Below, one piece after another: positions 10,201 through 17,260 of a stretch of 64,000 bases of DNA; within the stretch, counting starts at the first letter, position 1; the number at the start of each line of letters is the position of its first letter. Origin of the DNA: a virus (lineage: Duplodnaviria > Caudoviricetes); IMG/VR virus record IMGVR_UViG_3300011268_000751, positions 10,955 through 74,954 of that record; one strand, 5' to 3'. The notes beneath the pieces are model-generated. The model saw nothing but the letters and a program-made list of their open reading frames with translations. It was not told where the DNA came from and did no database searches. The translations under genes and the position numbers were made by a program.

Positions 10201-10881
10201 ACCGTCAGCATAAGCAAAACAGCTAAGTTTATGGTGACTGAATGTTGGATTAGTTCTGTAAGGTAAAGAGAAATCTGCAGGGTCAGTATAGACTACTCCT
10301 AGTTCATCACCATCAAAGAATGATGCCTGCCAAAAATAGCAAGCACCTGTAACTCTGAAAATGGTAGAAATCTTTGCGTTTGGATCAGTTGGGTTAGGAA
10401 CATATTTTGGTCTGATCTTAACCTTTCTTAGATCCAAACCAACGATAGAAGTTCCCCTAGGAACGATTACACCACCTTCTACGCTATTGAATTTATAGAG
10501 TTGATTATCTTCTTGAGTAATATCAAAGTTTGAAGTTAAAGTAAAGTTTAATAGATCCTTTGCCAAAAAATCAACACCAGCAGGAGAAACTGCATAAGCA
10601 AAACCATCATCTTCCTTGATTGCAAATCCTGGGCGATTATCAATCGTATGCTCTCCAGGAAAAAGAAGAATAGTGGTTTTTTCAGTAATATCGTTATTTC
10701 TACCTTTCAAGTAAGAAAATCTCGCAGACTCAATTAGAGCTCTTTGGATAGTCTTAAATGGTTTAGTTAGTGAATTACCCTGATTGCTAATACTATCAGT
10801 AGAGTCCAAGTCATTTGGATTAACGTAAAGAATTCTACCTTCAGTATTCTTAATAAAATTCTCTAATTGATTAAGAGGCAT
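4222..10881 (-). CDS. Large tail fibre / tailspike-like protein (2219 aa) with N-terminal beta-helix-like region and C-terminal tail-collar domain
   Basis: N-term RILYVNPND...PFKTIQRAL; C-term IPLGGIIMWSG...GWALCDG...PDLRDRFIAG tail-collar motif followed by five HxH motifs. Confidence 0.8.
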   Translation of the reverse strand: MPLNQLENFIKNTEGRILYVNPNDLDSTDSISNQGNSLTKPFKTIQRALIESARFSYLKGRNNDITEKTTILLFPGEHTIDNRPGFAIKEDDGFAYAVSPAGVDFLAKDLLNFTLTSNFDITQEDNQLYKFNSVEGGVIVPRGTSIVGLDLRKVKIRPKYVPNPTDPNAKISTIFRVTGACYFWQASFFDGDELGVVYTDPADFSLPYRTNPTFSHHKLSCFAYADGVNIVDGYTLTDLEMYYAKLGNAYNDASGRLIPFSDKYPTSTTGIAPQRPEFEIVGAFATDPFEITSIQSGNGLTATNVVTVTTAKPHEFSVGTPIKIRGVDTQDYNISTKVAEIDDEDPNKFTYLLPFVRPNLPAFPGASSATVTIETDTVSGASPYIFNCSLRSVWGMNGLFADGNKATGFRSMVTAQFTAISLQKDDRAFVKYDPVSRVYNGLDTSVTVSGAELSSQSSSTDSNSVYHLDPRAVYRKGWETSHIKLTNDSFIQVVSVFAIGFTKHFDSESGGDASITNSNSNFGQYSLAATGYKAEAFDKDNRGYITSIIGPRANVEEEENIDWISIDVGLTSTANNSNHLYIYGFRNPDVKPPIILQQYRLGAKLNDKVFVETPLGIKDASIYMVDNTLSTVGVNTRALGSESAQKLYRVIDGPNPDLDLNSTVFNIGAHSLQNGEKVRLISDSGDIPENLVEHRQYYAIKYSANEIQLASSRTNAEIRFPITCYGGSDLYIFSRVSDKEPGEPGSPVQYDLVQGNWFVNTNSNNDIYTTIKGLDGTSGFGTDRTEVSFVKRIPDSRSLDEKLYKVRVVIPKEAENARDPLAGFVLQESSTTGVSTISDFTANTITRGDYAFRRNQRFISTCTTNGTEVLVFADLPHSLKVGDIVIISNVVSTTNLIAAPTLGFNGTFEVTAIVDNNTFTYETTDIFGRTRNPGIFLSNTNVRNADLPRFQKNDINSNYYIYRNDVITPFIYGVQDGIYHLYVLNADNPIPGEFDYLKYAQHVVDLYPQLDNDNVDDNPPAAKTFAKRFPIGQVVTNDLKRSITRETIDKFAKDFGLGLSITGVSTSFASPTSGTATITLERQHGFSGVATYSSIVPGTGYNNGTYYNVKLFNLGSSSWDGATAKVVVKLGSVDGVDIISKGSGYTNGEFLEFDPEVIGPGGTGARIQIATSGISGDIGDGIQITGIGTTSDGYYKITSIPSATQVAVAITNFDPSITTGQYIFPTGPAPTITSQTYDNVSKLTTFNFSSAHGLVLGNKFRLFNSSNNNLGDFIVDEKISATTITAITKKDYSASGGYVVKHGLSTNDAISDISGESLGSRGMYFYDSEVTTLTNGLTPDDDVITTPITQSQMSRFPVGSFIQIDNEIMRIESNILTGSGNNQIRVHRGYLGTRAQPHSNGTLVKKIKPIPIEFRRPSILRASGHTFEYLGYGPGNYSTGLPQVQVRALTEIEAFLSQSQQRSCGNIAYTGMNSDGDFYIGNTKYSSTSGAQITYGIPVPTITGRDPSRLSLVFDEVVIKERLIVEGGNSGTILSQFDGPVTFNGELRINGYLTINNSMRIRRDLRVDGTSRFDGDMTINSLTDASPVITAELLTISAAGAALIVKGGVGIVKDLVVNKNVRVTGISTFTGLVDANGGATIDNVRIGIANDNKIDTSTGNLNLGAFGGNVIVDNQLNVTGVSTFTGFIDANGGAYIDNIQIGIANDNTIDTSSGTLTLNSVGGTIIVDDNLDVNVSLNVDRNVTVTGISTFTGLVDANGGATIDNVRIGIANDNIIDTIVGDLILDSSTGSVVIDDILIVNEETYIYDTLTVTQENVPDASKVIINLDGNIELYRTGAGGAYIDFKRNSLSEDYNVRLDNFTEGFLTLTGNLLVTGNVDLGNATSDTVTFVARVDSDIIPSANESFTLGTSTLRWEEIFAATLTVSVLNVSDNATIDNVRIGAGGPTVIDTVSGNLILSSVGGTIDIQNNLNVTGDVTLGNIVGDIVTFVSRINSNIVPRLDATFDFGTTTLRWNNVYAKTVGQTEYTTFNGYGTIPLGGIIMWSGLTSSLPSGWALCDGTAGRPDLRDRFIAGSGSVLTHNGTGGSNSITLTDSNLPSHSHTATLTEVTDHTHTITVSEVGNHGHAFIISKDRNATGWEGPNGGFVLDTSENETQPANSGNPNTSGGQIGGGGGHGHTATATGGGGHTHTVTISPTGSGTSVDITPRYYALAFIMRIT
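5560..6015. repeat. Perfect 90-bp direct repeat (5560-5649 and 5926-6015) with a diverged copy in between
   Basis: Both copies read attatcgttagcaataccaattcttaca...aaaggttgaaatgccagttac, compared by eye base by base. Confidence 0.9.
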
Positions 10882-10913
10882 CGGATTATAGCGGTCAAAT
10901 TATTTCTATAGTT

Positions 10914-10921
10914 TATTTATA
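10914..10921 (-). promoter_or_regulatory. T4-type late promoter (TATAAATA)
   Basis: Exact T4 gp55 consensus about 33 nt upstream of the 10881 start. Confidence 0.8.
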
Positions 10922-11051
10922 GATTTAATTTCAAAGAAACTCTATAACATAAGTTCCTCTTCAATAAAAACATCATTATTTACAACATCGAATATGCATT
11001 CTGGTTTTAAAGAAAGAATTTCTTCCATTTTTAGTATGAGGCAGTAAGTTT

Positions 11052-11363
11052 TTATCCACTAAAATCCTCTTCATCATATTCATACTCTAAATCATCTGGC
11101 AAATCTTCTGGATTTTCCAGATCAACGGGGAAGAAGCATGGATGCGCTTCTTCATCAATTAAGTAGAAAGAATTCTTATACAGATCTTCAGGTTCATATC
11201 TCAATTGTAGATCTGCCAGACGAATTAATTCTGGATCAGTATTTGACAACTCAGATAATTCATCAAACGTGAATGGGATCTCGTTGATGAAATACATCTT
11301 CACTATCATACTGCCCTGATTATACCAACAGTATGAATGAGTGATTTTATACTTAAATGACAT
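11052..11363 (-). CDS. Conserved phage hypothetical protein (103 aa, acidic C-terminus)
   Basis: Natural-looking ORF, AGGAGA RBS-like sequence overlapping the start region, AATAAATA late promoter at 11386-11393. Confidence 0.7.
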   Translation of the reverse strand: MSFKYKITHSYCWYNQGSMIVKMYFINEIPFTFDELSELSNTDPELIRLADLQLRYEPEDLYKNSFYLIDEEAHPCFFPVDLENPEDLPDDLEYEYDEEDFSG

Positions 11364-11396
11364 AGGAGAATTTTCCCATATCTTATATTTATTTTA

Positions 11397-11469
11397 TGCT
11401 CCTTGCGTGGATCGAACACGCCTCAGGCGAATTATGAGTTCGCTGCATTCACCAGATTGCTAAAGGAGC
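11397..11469 (-). tRNA. tRNA with CAT anticodon, most likely tRNA-Ile2 (lysidine type) rather than Met
   Basis: Cloverleaf: acceptor GCTCCTT/AAGGAGC, anticodon arm GCGAA-CTCATAA-TTCGC, T arm GCGTG-TTCGATC-CACGC, A73, no encoded CCA. G1:C72 and no GGG/CCC anticodon stem exclude initiator. Has C4:G69 and C5:G68. Confidence 0.9.
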
Positions 11470-11472
11470 ATA

Positions 11473-11560
11473 TAGTCGCCCAGGGTATCGAACCCTGCCA
11501 AAGGCCCTAATCTGGGGCAAAGGGCTTATAAGGCCCCTCTGAACACCTGTTCTGACGACC
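11473..11560 (-). tRNA. Non-canonical 88-nt tRNA with TAT anticodon (Ile UAU) and long variable arm
   Basis: Acceptor GGTCGTC/GGCGACT + A73; anticodon arm GGGGC-CTTATAA-GCCCT; T arm CAGGG-TTCGATA-CCCTG; variable stem GCCC-CAGATTA-GGGC; short D arm GAAC-AGGT-GTTC; A at position 8. Confidence 0.75.
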
Positions 11561-11573
11561 ATAAACTAGATCA

Positions 11574-11602
11574 ATTATAGAGGATCTGGAACTCTTTGTC
11601 AA
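11574..11602 (-). promoter_or_regulatory. Sigma70-type promoter TTGACA-17-TATAAT driving the tRNA pair
   Basis: Perfect consensus hexamers at 11597-11602 and 11574-11579; the -10 ends 13 nt upstream of the first tRNA. Confidence 0.9.
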
Positions 11603-11799
11603 CTACCTTCTTCGTGATCCGTGTGTATTCGAATCAGGTCGTCAACTTCCTTATACTCTTCATAAGGAATCAGCATAGCATCTCCATATTCACTTTTGAT
11701 AAGGAAGGATTGACCTGCCTCAACCTTATCAAGGTATTCTTCAAAGTTTTCTTGTAATTCTTCAATCGTTAGAGTTTTCATAGATTGCAAGATCGGCAT
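11599..11799 (-). CDS. Phd/YefM-family antitoxin-like protein with no cognate toxin in the window
   Basis: MKTLTIEELQENFEEYLDKVEAGQSFLIKSEYGDAMLIPYEEY matches the Phd/YefM pattern. Likely true start at the internal MKTL. Confidence 0.65.
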   Translation of the reverse strand: MPILQSMKTLTIEELQENFEEYLDKVEAGQSFLIKSEYGDAMLIPYEEYKEVDDLIRIHTDHEEGS

Positions 11800-11971
11800 A
11801 CTCGATTTGTTCTGGAGACAGATTGCTGGTTACAACTTCCAGCACGTTCATAAATTCTTGAGTTGTATCACATTCAACCATGAGCTCACTTCCTTTATCA
11901 CTCAGCAGAAGAAAAGATTTACTGCAAAGATCAATCACAATACCTTGGACGCATTCTTGTGTGGCGCTCAT
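11762..11971 (-). CDS. Small hypothetical protein (69 aa)
   Basis: Directly downstream of a consensus sigma70 promoter; overlaps the antitoxin-like gene. Confidence 0.7.
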   Translation of the reverse strand: MSATQECVQGIVIDLCSKSFLLLSDKGSELMVECDTTQEFMNVLEVVTSNLSPEQIEYADLAIYENSND

Positions 11972-11997
11972 TCAGTTGTTCCGTTGATTACCCCCAT

Positions 11998-12026
11998 ATT
12001 ATAGGGGGTCCTGGCGCTGGTGTCAA
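11998..12026 (-). promoter_or_regulatory. Sigma70-type early promoter TTGACA-17-TATAAT
   Basis: Perfect hexamers at 12021-12026 and 11998-12003; the -35 overlaps the TGA of the upstream hydrolase. Confidence 0.9.
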
Positions 12027-13228
12027 CCCCCTGATCCGACGAAGGCGCGAATGTCCTGCTGAACCTGAGTGTTTGACACAAAAGCCTCATGTCCACCAGT
12101 TGCATAATAATTAAATGTATATGGAGCACAGTCCATACAATCATTCAAACCTGCTTGCAAAATATTTTGCATATTAAAGACCTGGGGAGCACCACTGTTA
12201 TTTCCAGTAGTATCATCTAGTGCCTGAATGTATAGAGAAGGAGATTTTAATCCTGTCAAATAATTTTTTAATGATATTGAATTATATTTATCAGGTTCAA
12301 TATCTGTTGAGAAAAATCCACTCTTTAATTTTCGACAAGAAAATATGCTATCATTAGTATCTTCAGAATAAGCGCAAGTTGTAAGAAGATCAATCGGTCC
12401 AGGAGCATTTAAAATTACACCATCAATCGTATGTAAAGTATTCAGTTTATGAACTAAAGAACCTCCTTGCGAGTGTCCGAATGTGTATATCTTATCTATC
12501 GATGTTCCAAATCCATCTGAAAGATAAGAGTCTAAAATATTCATAACCCATAAAAGAGCAGCTTCTGCATATGCTAAGTTGTCTCCCAGATAAAAATTAC
12601 TTATCTGTATTCCAGGAAACTGAAAATCTGCTCTCTCTTGATTTGTGCTTGGGAAACTAGTATTCCAACTTGGAATAGTATCTTGAGGATAAGCAACTGA
12701 AAAAATAATCTTGTCTCCTAAACTTAGTTTATTTTGATTCAGTGCAATATTTAAAAATTTTTCTGCAGCATTATATGGAGTTACACCTTCAGTGCTAATT
12801 GTTCCATGATAAAGAACTATTACATCATAGGATGGATTTGATGTAGGTGGAACATAGAGCCATCCTCTAACTGGCAAACTATTGTAACTACCAAAAACAA
12901 ATGATCTGTTCTGAGTTTGTTTTGGAATATTAAAATAGTTATTTAACTCTAAAGGTATTTTTCCACCACCTCTTCCATATACTTGACCTCTATGGGGAGT
13001 TCTAGGACCCCAAGCACTTCCCCTAATTGTGTTATATGATAATGAATTAAATGGAATATATAAATCATCAGAAAGACCAACTATATTGTTTGTTGATTTT
13101 ATGAATTGAAGTGGAAAAAGATTAGCAATATCATCTTCTATAAAATTTTCAGATACTTTGTATCTAAGATTAGGATCACAATAACTTTCTAACCCTTTAG
13201 ATGTAGATGAAAAATTGAATATTGCCAT
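12023..13228 (-). CDS. Alpha/beta-hydrolase-fold esterase/lipase-like protein with ~110-aa N-terminal extension
   Basis: VIVLYHGT, nucleophile elbow GHSQGG, candidate acid in YIQALDD, catalytic His in GGHE. Confidence 0.8.
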   Translation of the reverse strand: MAIFNFSSTSKGLESYCDPNLRYKVSENFIEDDIANLFPLQFIKSTNNIVGLSDDLYIPFNSLSYNTIRGSAWGPRTPHRGQVYGRGGGKIPLELNNYFNIPKQTQNRSFVFGSYNSLPVRGWLYVPPTSNPSYDVIVLYHGTISTEGVTPYNAAEKFLNIALNQNKLSLGDKIIFSVAYPQDTIPSWNTSFPSTNQERADFQFPGIQISNFYLGDNLAYAEAALLWVMNILDSYLSDGFGTSIDKIYTFGHSQGGSLVHKLNTLHTIDGVILNAPGPIDLLTTCAYSEDTNDSIFSCRKLKSGFFSTDIEPDKYNSISLKNYLTGLKSPSLYIQALDDTTGNNSGAPQVFNMQNILQAGLNDCMDCAPYTFNYYATGGHEAFVSNTQVQQDIRAFVGSGG

Positions 13229-15054
13229 TATCTTCCAAAAATGTGATGTGGATAAAATCCAATATACGTTCTTCTTCCCCTTGCTGAAGCTCTTTCAGTT
13301 CCTGTTTTATCTTGAGGAAAATTCTTAACTCCCAAAACTTTATTAATATCCCAAGATGTTGGGGATGATGTATATCCATATCTCAGTGAAGGATCGCCAT
13401 TTGATGATCCTGGGGGATTTGCATAAGCTGGAAACGCGGAATTGTTAGATACTACAATTCCTGAACCAAATATAGTTAAAAATCCAAATGTATAAGAACT
13501 GAATGGATTATATAAGTATCTCTTTGATTCTTTTAAAGTTAAATCACCTATTTCTAATAATATAGACTGTGAATCGGTATTAGAACTTCCCACATTTATT
13601 GTAATATTTCCAGATCCTACATTTGTAATATATGTCCCCGTTTCATTATCGAAAACTTCAGTTACTGGTCTCAAATATTGATTGACTGATATTTGAGAAG
13701 TATCAACTGAGATATTTGATGTATTTGGACTTATTGTTGTTATACCGGAAAATTTAATATCAATAAGATCACCATAATCTTGTGCTGTTGTTACTTTTGT
13801 TCCTCCCCCAAAGTATCCTACGCTAAAAGTTGCTACTCCAACTAAAGAAGTATTAATTCCAGATTTATTGAAGTAAATTCTATTTTTATAAAATGTATTA
13901 GTTGTATAAAATCCAAATAAAAATTCTCCGGTTGTAATTCCAGTATTAGTAGTTGGATTGCTTAATTCAATAAAACTATTACCTATGGATACAACAGTTG
14001 TGCCATCAGTATATCCATCAAGTTGTGGACTAATAACACTATCATTAAGTTCAATTCCTTTGGTATCCATATAAACAACAGTTGAACCTGGATATACTAT
14101 TGGGGCATATCTAGTAAATCCAACGCTTGTTTCAATTGAAAAAGTATTTGTAGATGCTGGTTGAAAACTGACAGCACTTCCAACTATAGAAAGAACTTGA
14201 GTAGTTTCTTCAAAAAAGTCACCTCTAACAAAATCACCAATTGCAATACGATTTACAAATCCTACAGGAATTGAACTAGTACCAGCCCCAAGATACCTAA
14301 ATGGATTAATTTCAGTCCTTAATGAAAATGAAGTAGTAACTCCGCTTACATAAGTATCAAACCCTACTACTCTATATCCCTCTGAAATTATTCCTGTCAA
14401 TGGAACAACATAATCATTAATAGCAAATTTTAAAGATCCACTTGGAAATCTTGCATCAGTATTGAAGAAAAACGTAGATCCAATACCAACTACAGTTCCA
14501 GTTCCAAATCCTAAATTTACAGTTTCTGAAAAATTATTTGTAGTTCTTGCGGATATATCGATATTATAATCATTAGTATTTTGATAAAATTTTATTTCAG
14601 TTGTTACTCCAGTAACATTCAATGTTGCTGGAAATATTTGAACGGCACCAGAAAGTATACCTACAATAATAGTATTGGATCCTATTATATTTGAATTTGG
14701 TAATATTTTTAGATCTGTTGTAATTCCTGAAGTATTAATTCCAGAAATTCTTGTTGTGCTTGGTCCAAGAGTAGAAGATTGAATACCAACTACCTGAATT
14801 CCTTGATTTATTCTTAATATTTTTGTGTTTGGATATGTAATTGATGGAATATATTCAACGTCTTGACCTGGGTATAATCCAGAAGTGTCTAATCCTACAA
14901 ATATATTTGTAGTTCTTGTATCAATTCCAACTGTTTTTGTAGTTTCTACTGTAAATCCTGGAGGTATAATATATTGATCTAATGCTCCTATTGATCCGCT
15001 GATAGAAGATCTTGGAAAAAAAGATATAGTTTCAAAATTCCAGTCAGTTCTCAT
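13228..15054 (-). CDS. Virion/tail-associated protein with ~55-aa beta repeats
   Basis: Recurrent T.GI..G..V......GT.V.SI....I.LS..TT units; Thr/Gly/Ile-rich. Confidence 0.65.
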   Translation of the reverse strand: MRTDWNFETISFFPRSSISGSIGALDQYIIPPGFTVETTKTVGIDTRTTNIFVGLDTSGLYPGQDVEYIPSITYPNTKILRINQGIQVVGIQSSTLGPSTTRISGINTSGITTDLKILPNSNIIGSNTIIVGILSGAVQIFPATLNVTGVTTEIKFYQNTNDYNIDISARTTNNFSETVNLGFGTGTVVGIGSTFFFNTDARFPSGSLKFAINDYVVPLTGIISEGYRVVGFDTYVSGVTTSFSLRTEINPFRYLGAGTSSIPVGFVNRIAIGDFVRGDFFEETTQVLSIVGSAVSFQPASTNTFSIETSVGFTRYAPIVYPGSTVVYMDTKGIELNDSVISPQLDGYTDGTTVVSIGNSFIELSNPTTNTGITTGEFLFGFYTTNTFYKNRIYFNKSGINTSLVGVATFSVGYFGGGTKVTTAQDYGDLIDIKFSGITTISPNTSNISVDTSQISVNQYLRPVTEVFDNETGTYITNVGSGNITINVGSSNTDSQSILLEIGDLTLKESKRYLYNPFSSYTFGFLTIFGSGIVVSNNSAFPAYANPPGSSNGDPSLRYGYTSSPTSWDINKVLGVKNFPQDKTGTERASARGRRTYIGFYPHHIFGR

Positions 15055-15055
15055 T

Positions 15056-16543
15056 TTATACTATTCTTCCGCAGAGTAAAATTCCTCTTGTTACACCATC
15101 AGTATTATATGATCCATCAATTACAGTATAAACTTCTGTTGGACTAATTGTTACAGTATCAAACTGAGCGATAAATGCGTTTGATTGTGGATAATAGAAG
15201 TCAATTAAAACTATATCATCTGGCAAATAATACGGACATGGAACATAAGTTGCAGAAATTGGAAGTCCCTTTATAACAGCATTAAAATCAAGACTTGGCG
15301 TAGTTCCATCAAAAGTAGAACTTCTATAGTAAATTCTTTGCCCTAAAGTAGATGATGGTGGGTTGTTAGTTCCTCCCATATCATTAGTATATGCATAATC
15401 TTGATATGATCCATTTCTAGATGGATAAACACATGAATGATATCCAGTCCAAGGTCTTAAGTGTTGACTTCTCCAGTATGCAGACTCAGCACCTCTTCTG
15501 GAATGAGACATTTTATAATCAGAAGTGTTAATGGCACCACCATAAACTCCAAATCTTAATGATGGAGAATCTGTGCTTCCATTAGTATAAATTGGAGAAT
15601 TATATGCACCTGTTCTAGCATTTGCTCTACTAACTAGAGTAAATCCCTCCATCCAAACTTTTTCAAGATCAAAAAATGCAGAGGTATAATTATGTAAGAA
15701 AAACGTTTGATATGTTTGATTAGGTAAAGTTGAAGATGCAAGAGTTGGTTGTTTGAAAGAGAAAATACAAAAATCAGGATCCAATCCAGATCTAAAGCAA
15801 TTTAGTTGAAGTGGATAACTCTGATCTCCATTTGAATAACCAACTGAAGCGGTTTTCAATTGACCCGAAGTAATTAATTCATTTCCCCCTGATAATGGAT
15901 CATTCCATCTTCCATCAAATCCAGGCTCTCCAGCCCATCTCCTGTGATATGGGTGATATTTTGCAGCAGATCCTATCTCTAAGGTTGATGTGCTTGAAAC
16001 TCTAAAAAACCAATAAGTTTCACCATATGCCTTATTATTATCTTGAACTGTCCTCAATACTCCCCATGGGGATGTGTTTGCAAAATCCTTATCGAAGAAA
16101 GTTTCAGTTGTTCCATAAGAAACTGGATTTCCAAATCCATCCCTAACAGTCGCTATAGTTATACTTAAATTAGATGCTCCATTAACTGCACCACCAATAT
16201 TTTCTGCTGATATAATTACAGTTTCACCATTAGAATAATTTCTTCCTGGGCGATTTACTACTACAGATGTTACAGTGTCTGTTGCTCCACTACGAATAAC
16301 GCGGAATGATGCTCCAGTTCCAATACCAGATGTGGTATTTTGAGTTCTATCATACCATGTAGTGTCTCCACCATTATATGTTCCACCTCCATTATATGTT
16401 GAAACATTTTGAACCAAACCTGTCAATGGTTCCGCATGAAGTTCAGCCCATGAAAAGGCATCTTCTAAACTTTCAATTACATTAGTCTTACTCCATCCAG
16501 GAAGACCATTATTTACATATACTGAAGATGTGCTAATTGTCAT
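15056..16543 (-). CDS. Virion structural / putative adhesin protein (paralog of 29025..30062)
   Basis: Shared YG(E/K)TY(W/Y)xF and LPDD...D.VTIS..E motifs with 29025..30062; lies in the late operon. Confidence 0.6.
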   Translation of the reverse strand: MTISTSSVYVNNGLPGWSKTNVIESLEDAFSWAELHAEPLTGLVQNVSTYNGGGTYNGGDTTWYDRTQNTTSGIGTGASFRVIRSGATDTVTSVVVNRPGRNYSNGETVIISAENIGGAVNGASNLSITIATVRDGFGNPVSYGTTETFFDKDFANTSPWGVLRTVQDNNKAYGETYWFFRVSSTSTLEIGSAAKYHPYHRRWAGEPGFDGRWNDPLSGGNELITSGQLKTASVGYSNGDQSYPLQLNCFRSGLDPDFCIFSFKQPTLASSTLPNQTYQTFFLHNYTSAFFDLEKVWMEGFTLVSRANARTGAYNSPIYTNGSTDSPSLRFGVYGGAINTSDYKMSHSRRGAESAYWRSQHLRPWTGYHSCVYPSRNGSYQDYAYTNDMGGTNNPPSSTLGQRIYYRSSTFDGTTPSLDFNAVIKGLPISATYVPCPYYLPDDIVLIDFYYPQSNAFIAQFDTVTISPTEVYTVIDGSYNTDGVTRGILLCGRIV

Positions 16544-16548
16544 TTATC

Positions 16549-17235
16549 TTAAGCCTCCATTCTTAAAATTGTTAGTGAAACTATTAAATCTGTAGTAAAT
16601 CCACATAAATTTGTGGCTGCTGCATAAATTGTTGTTGTAGGTGGATCATCAAAATTTCCACCTATAGAGTAAGGACTAAAAATTTGCCTAAAGGGGTATT
16701 CTCTAGTAACTGCTTCTGCTATTATTCCAGATCCTGGAACAGGATCTTCATTTAAACTCCTGTTAGAAATATCATAATTTCTAGAAACACTATCAGTATA
16801 TATGCGAACCCATGCAGATGAGGATGTTTCTATCTTCATCAATGCAAAAGATTTAAATCCTTCAAATTCATAAAATTCAGTGTCAAGATGTTCTACATTA
16901 TTTATTTTTTGACTGACAGTTGTTCTTGATGATAAACCTACAGGTAAGTTATCAATGTTTATCGTCTTAGCACTTAAAATACCAACAGTAACTGTTCCAT
17001 CAAAAAAACTATCACCAATAACATGAAATTGATATTGTGGCAGTTCTGTCCCTATACCAACATAATCTAAAGTATGAATTCCTACTACATCTTTTCCCCA
17101 AAAAGAATCACGATTTATTCCACCATATGAGTATCCAACCCATGCTTCACCATTCCAGACATACGTGTTATCTGTTATTGGATCTGTAAATAGTTCTAAT
17201 GGGTCTGGATTATTTGGAAAATTAATTGCTGCCAC
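16549..17235 (-). CDS. Short fibre/adaptor protein (GTG start)
   Basis: N-term MAAINFPNNP...TYVWNGEAW shared with 19564..20286; C-term SRTTVS...WVRIYTD..SR....RS...DP..GSG..AE shared with 30064..32070; late promoter AATAAATA at 17258-17265. Confidence 0.7.
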   Translation of the reverse strand: MAAINFPNNPDPLELFTDPITDNTYVWNGEAWVGYSYGGINRDSFWGKDVVGIHTLDYVGIGTELPQYQFHVIGDSFFDGTVTVGILSAKTINIDNLPVGLSSRTTVSQKINNVEHLDTEFYEFEGFKSFALMKIETSSSAWVRIYTDSVSRNYDISNRSLNEDPVPGSGIIAEAVTREYPFRQIFSPYSIGGNFDDPPTTTIYAAATNLCGFTTDLIVSLTILRMEA

Positions 17236-17260
17236 AATAATCTTATATTCTTTTTAATAT

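Noticed and set aside
11397-11469. Initiator tRNA-fMet
   Set aside because: G1:C72 is paired and the anticodon stem lacks the three consecutive G:C pairs.
11473-11560. Selenocysteine/suppressor tRNA or intron-containing tRNA interpretation
   Set aside because: The anticodon is TAT in a normal 7-nt loop, the acceptor/T stems are 7/5, and the extra sequence is in the variable arm rather than the anticodon loop.
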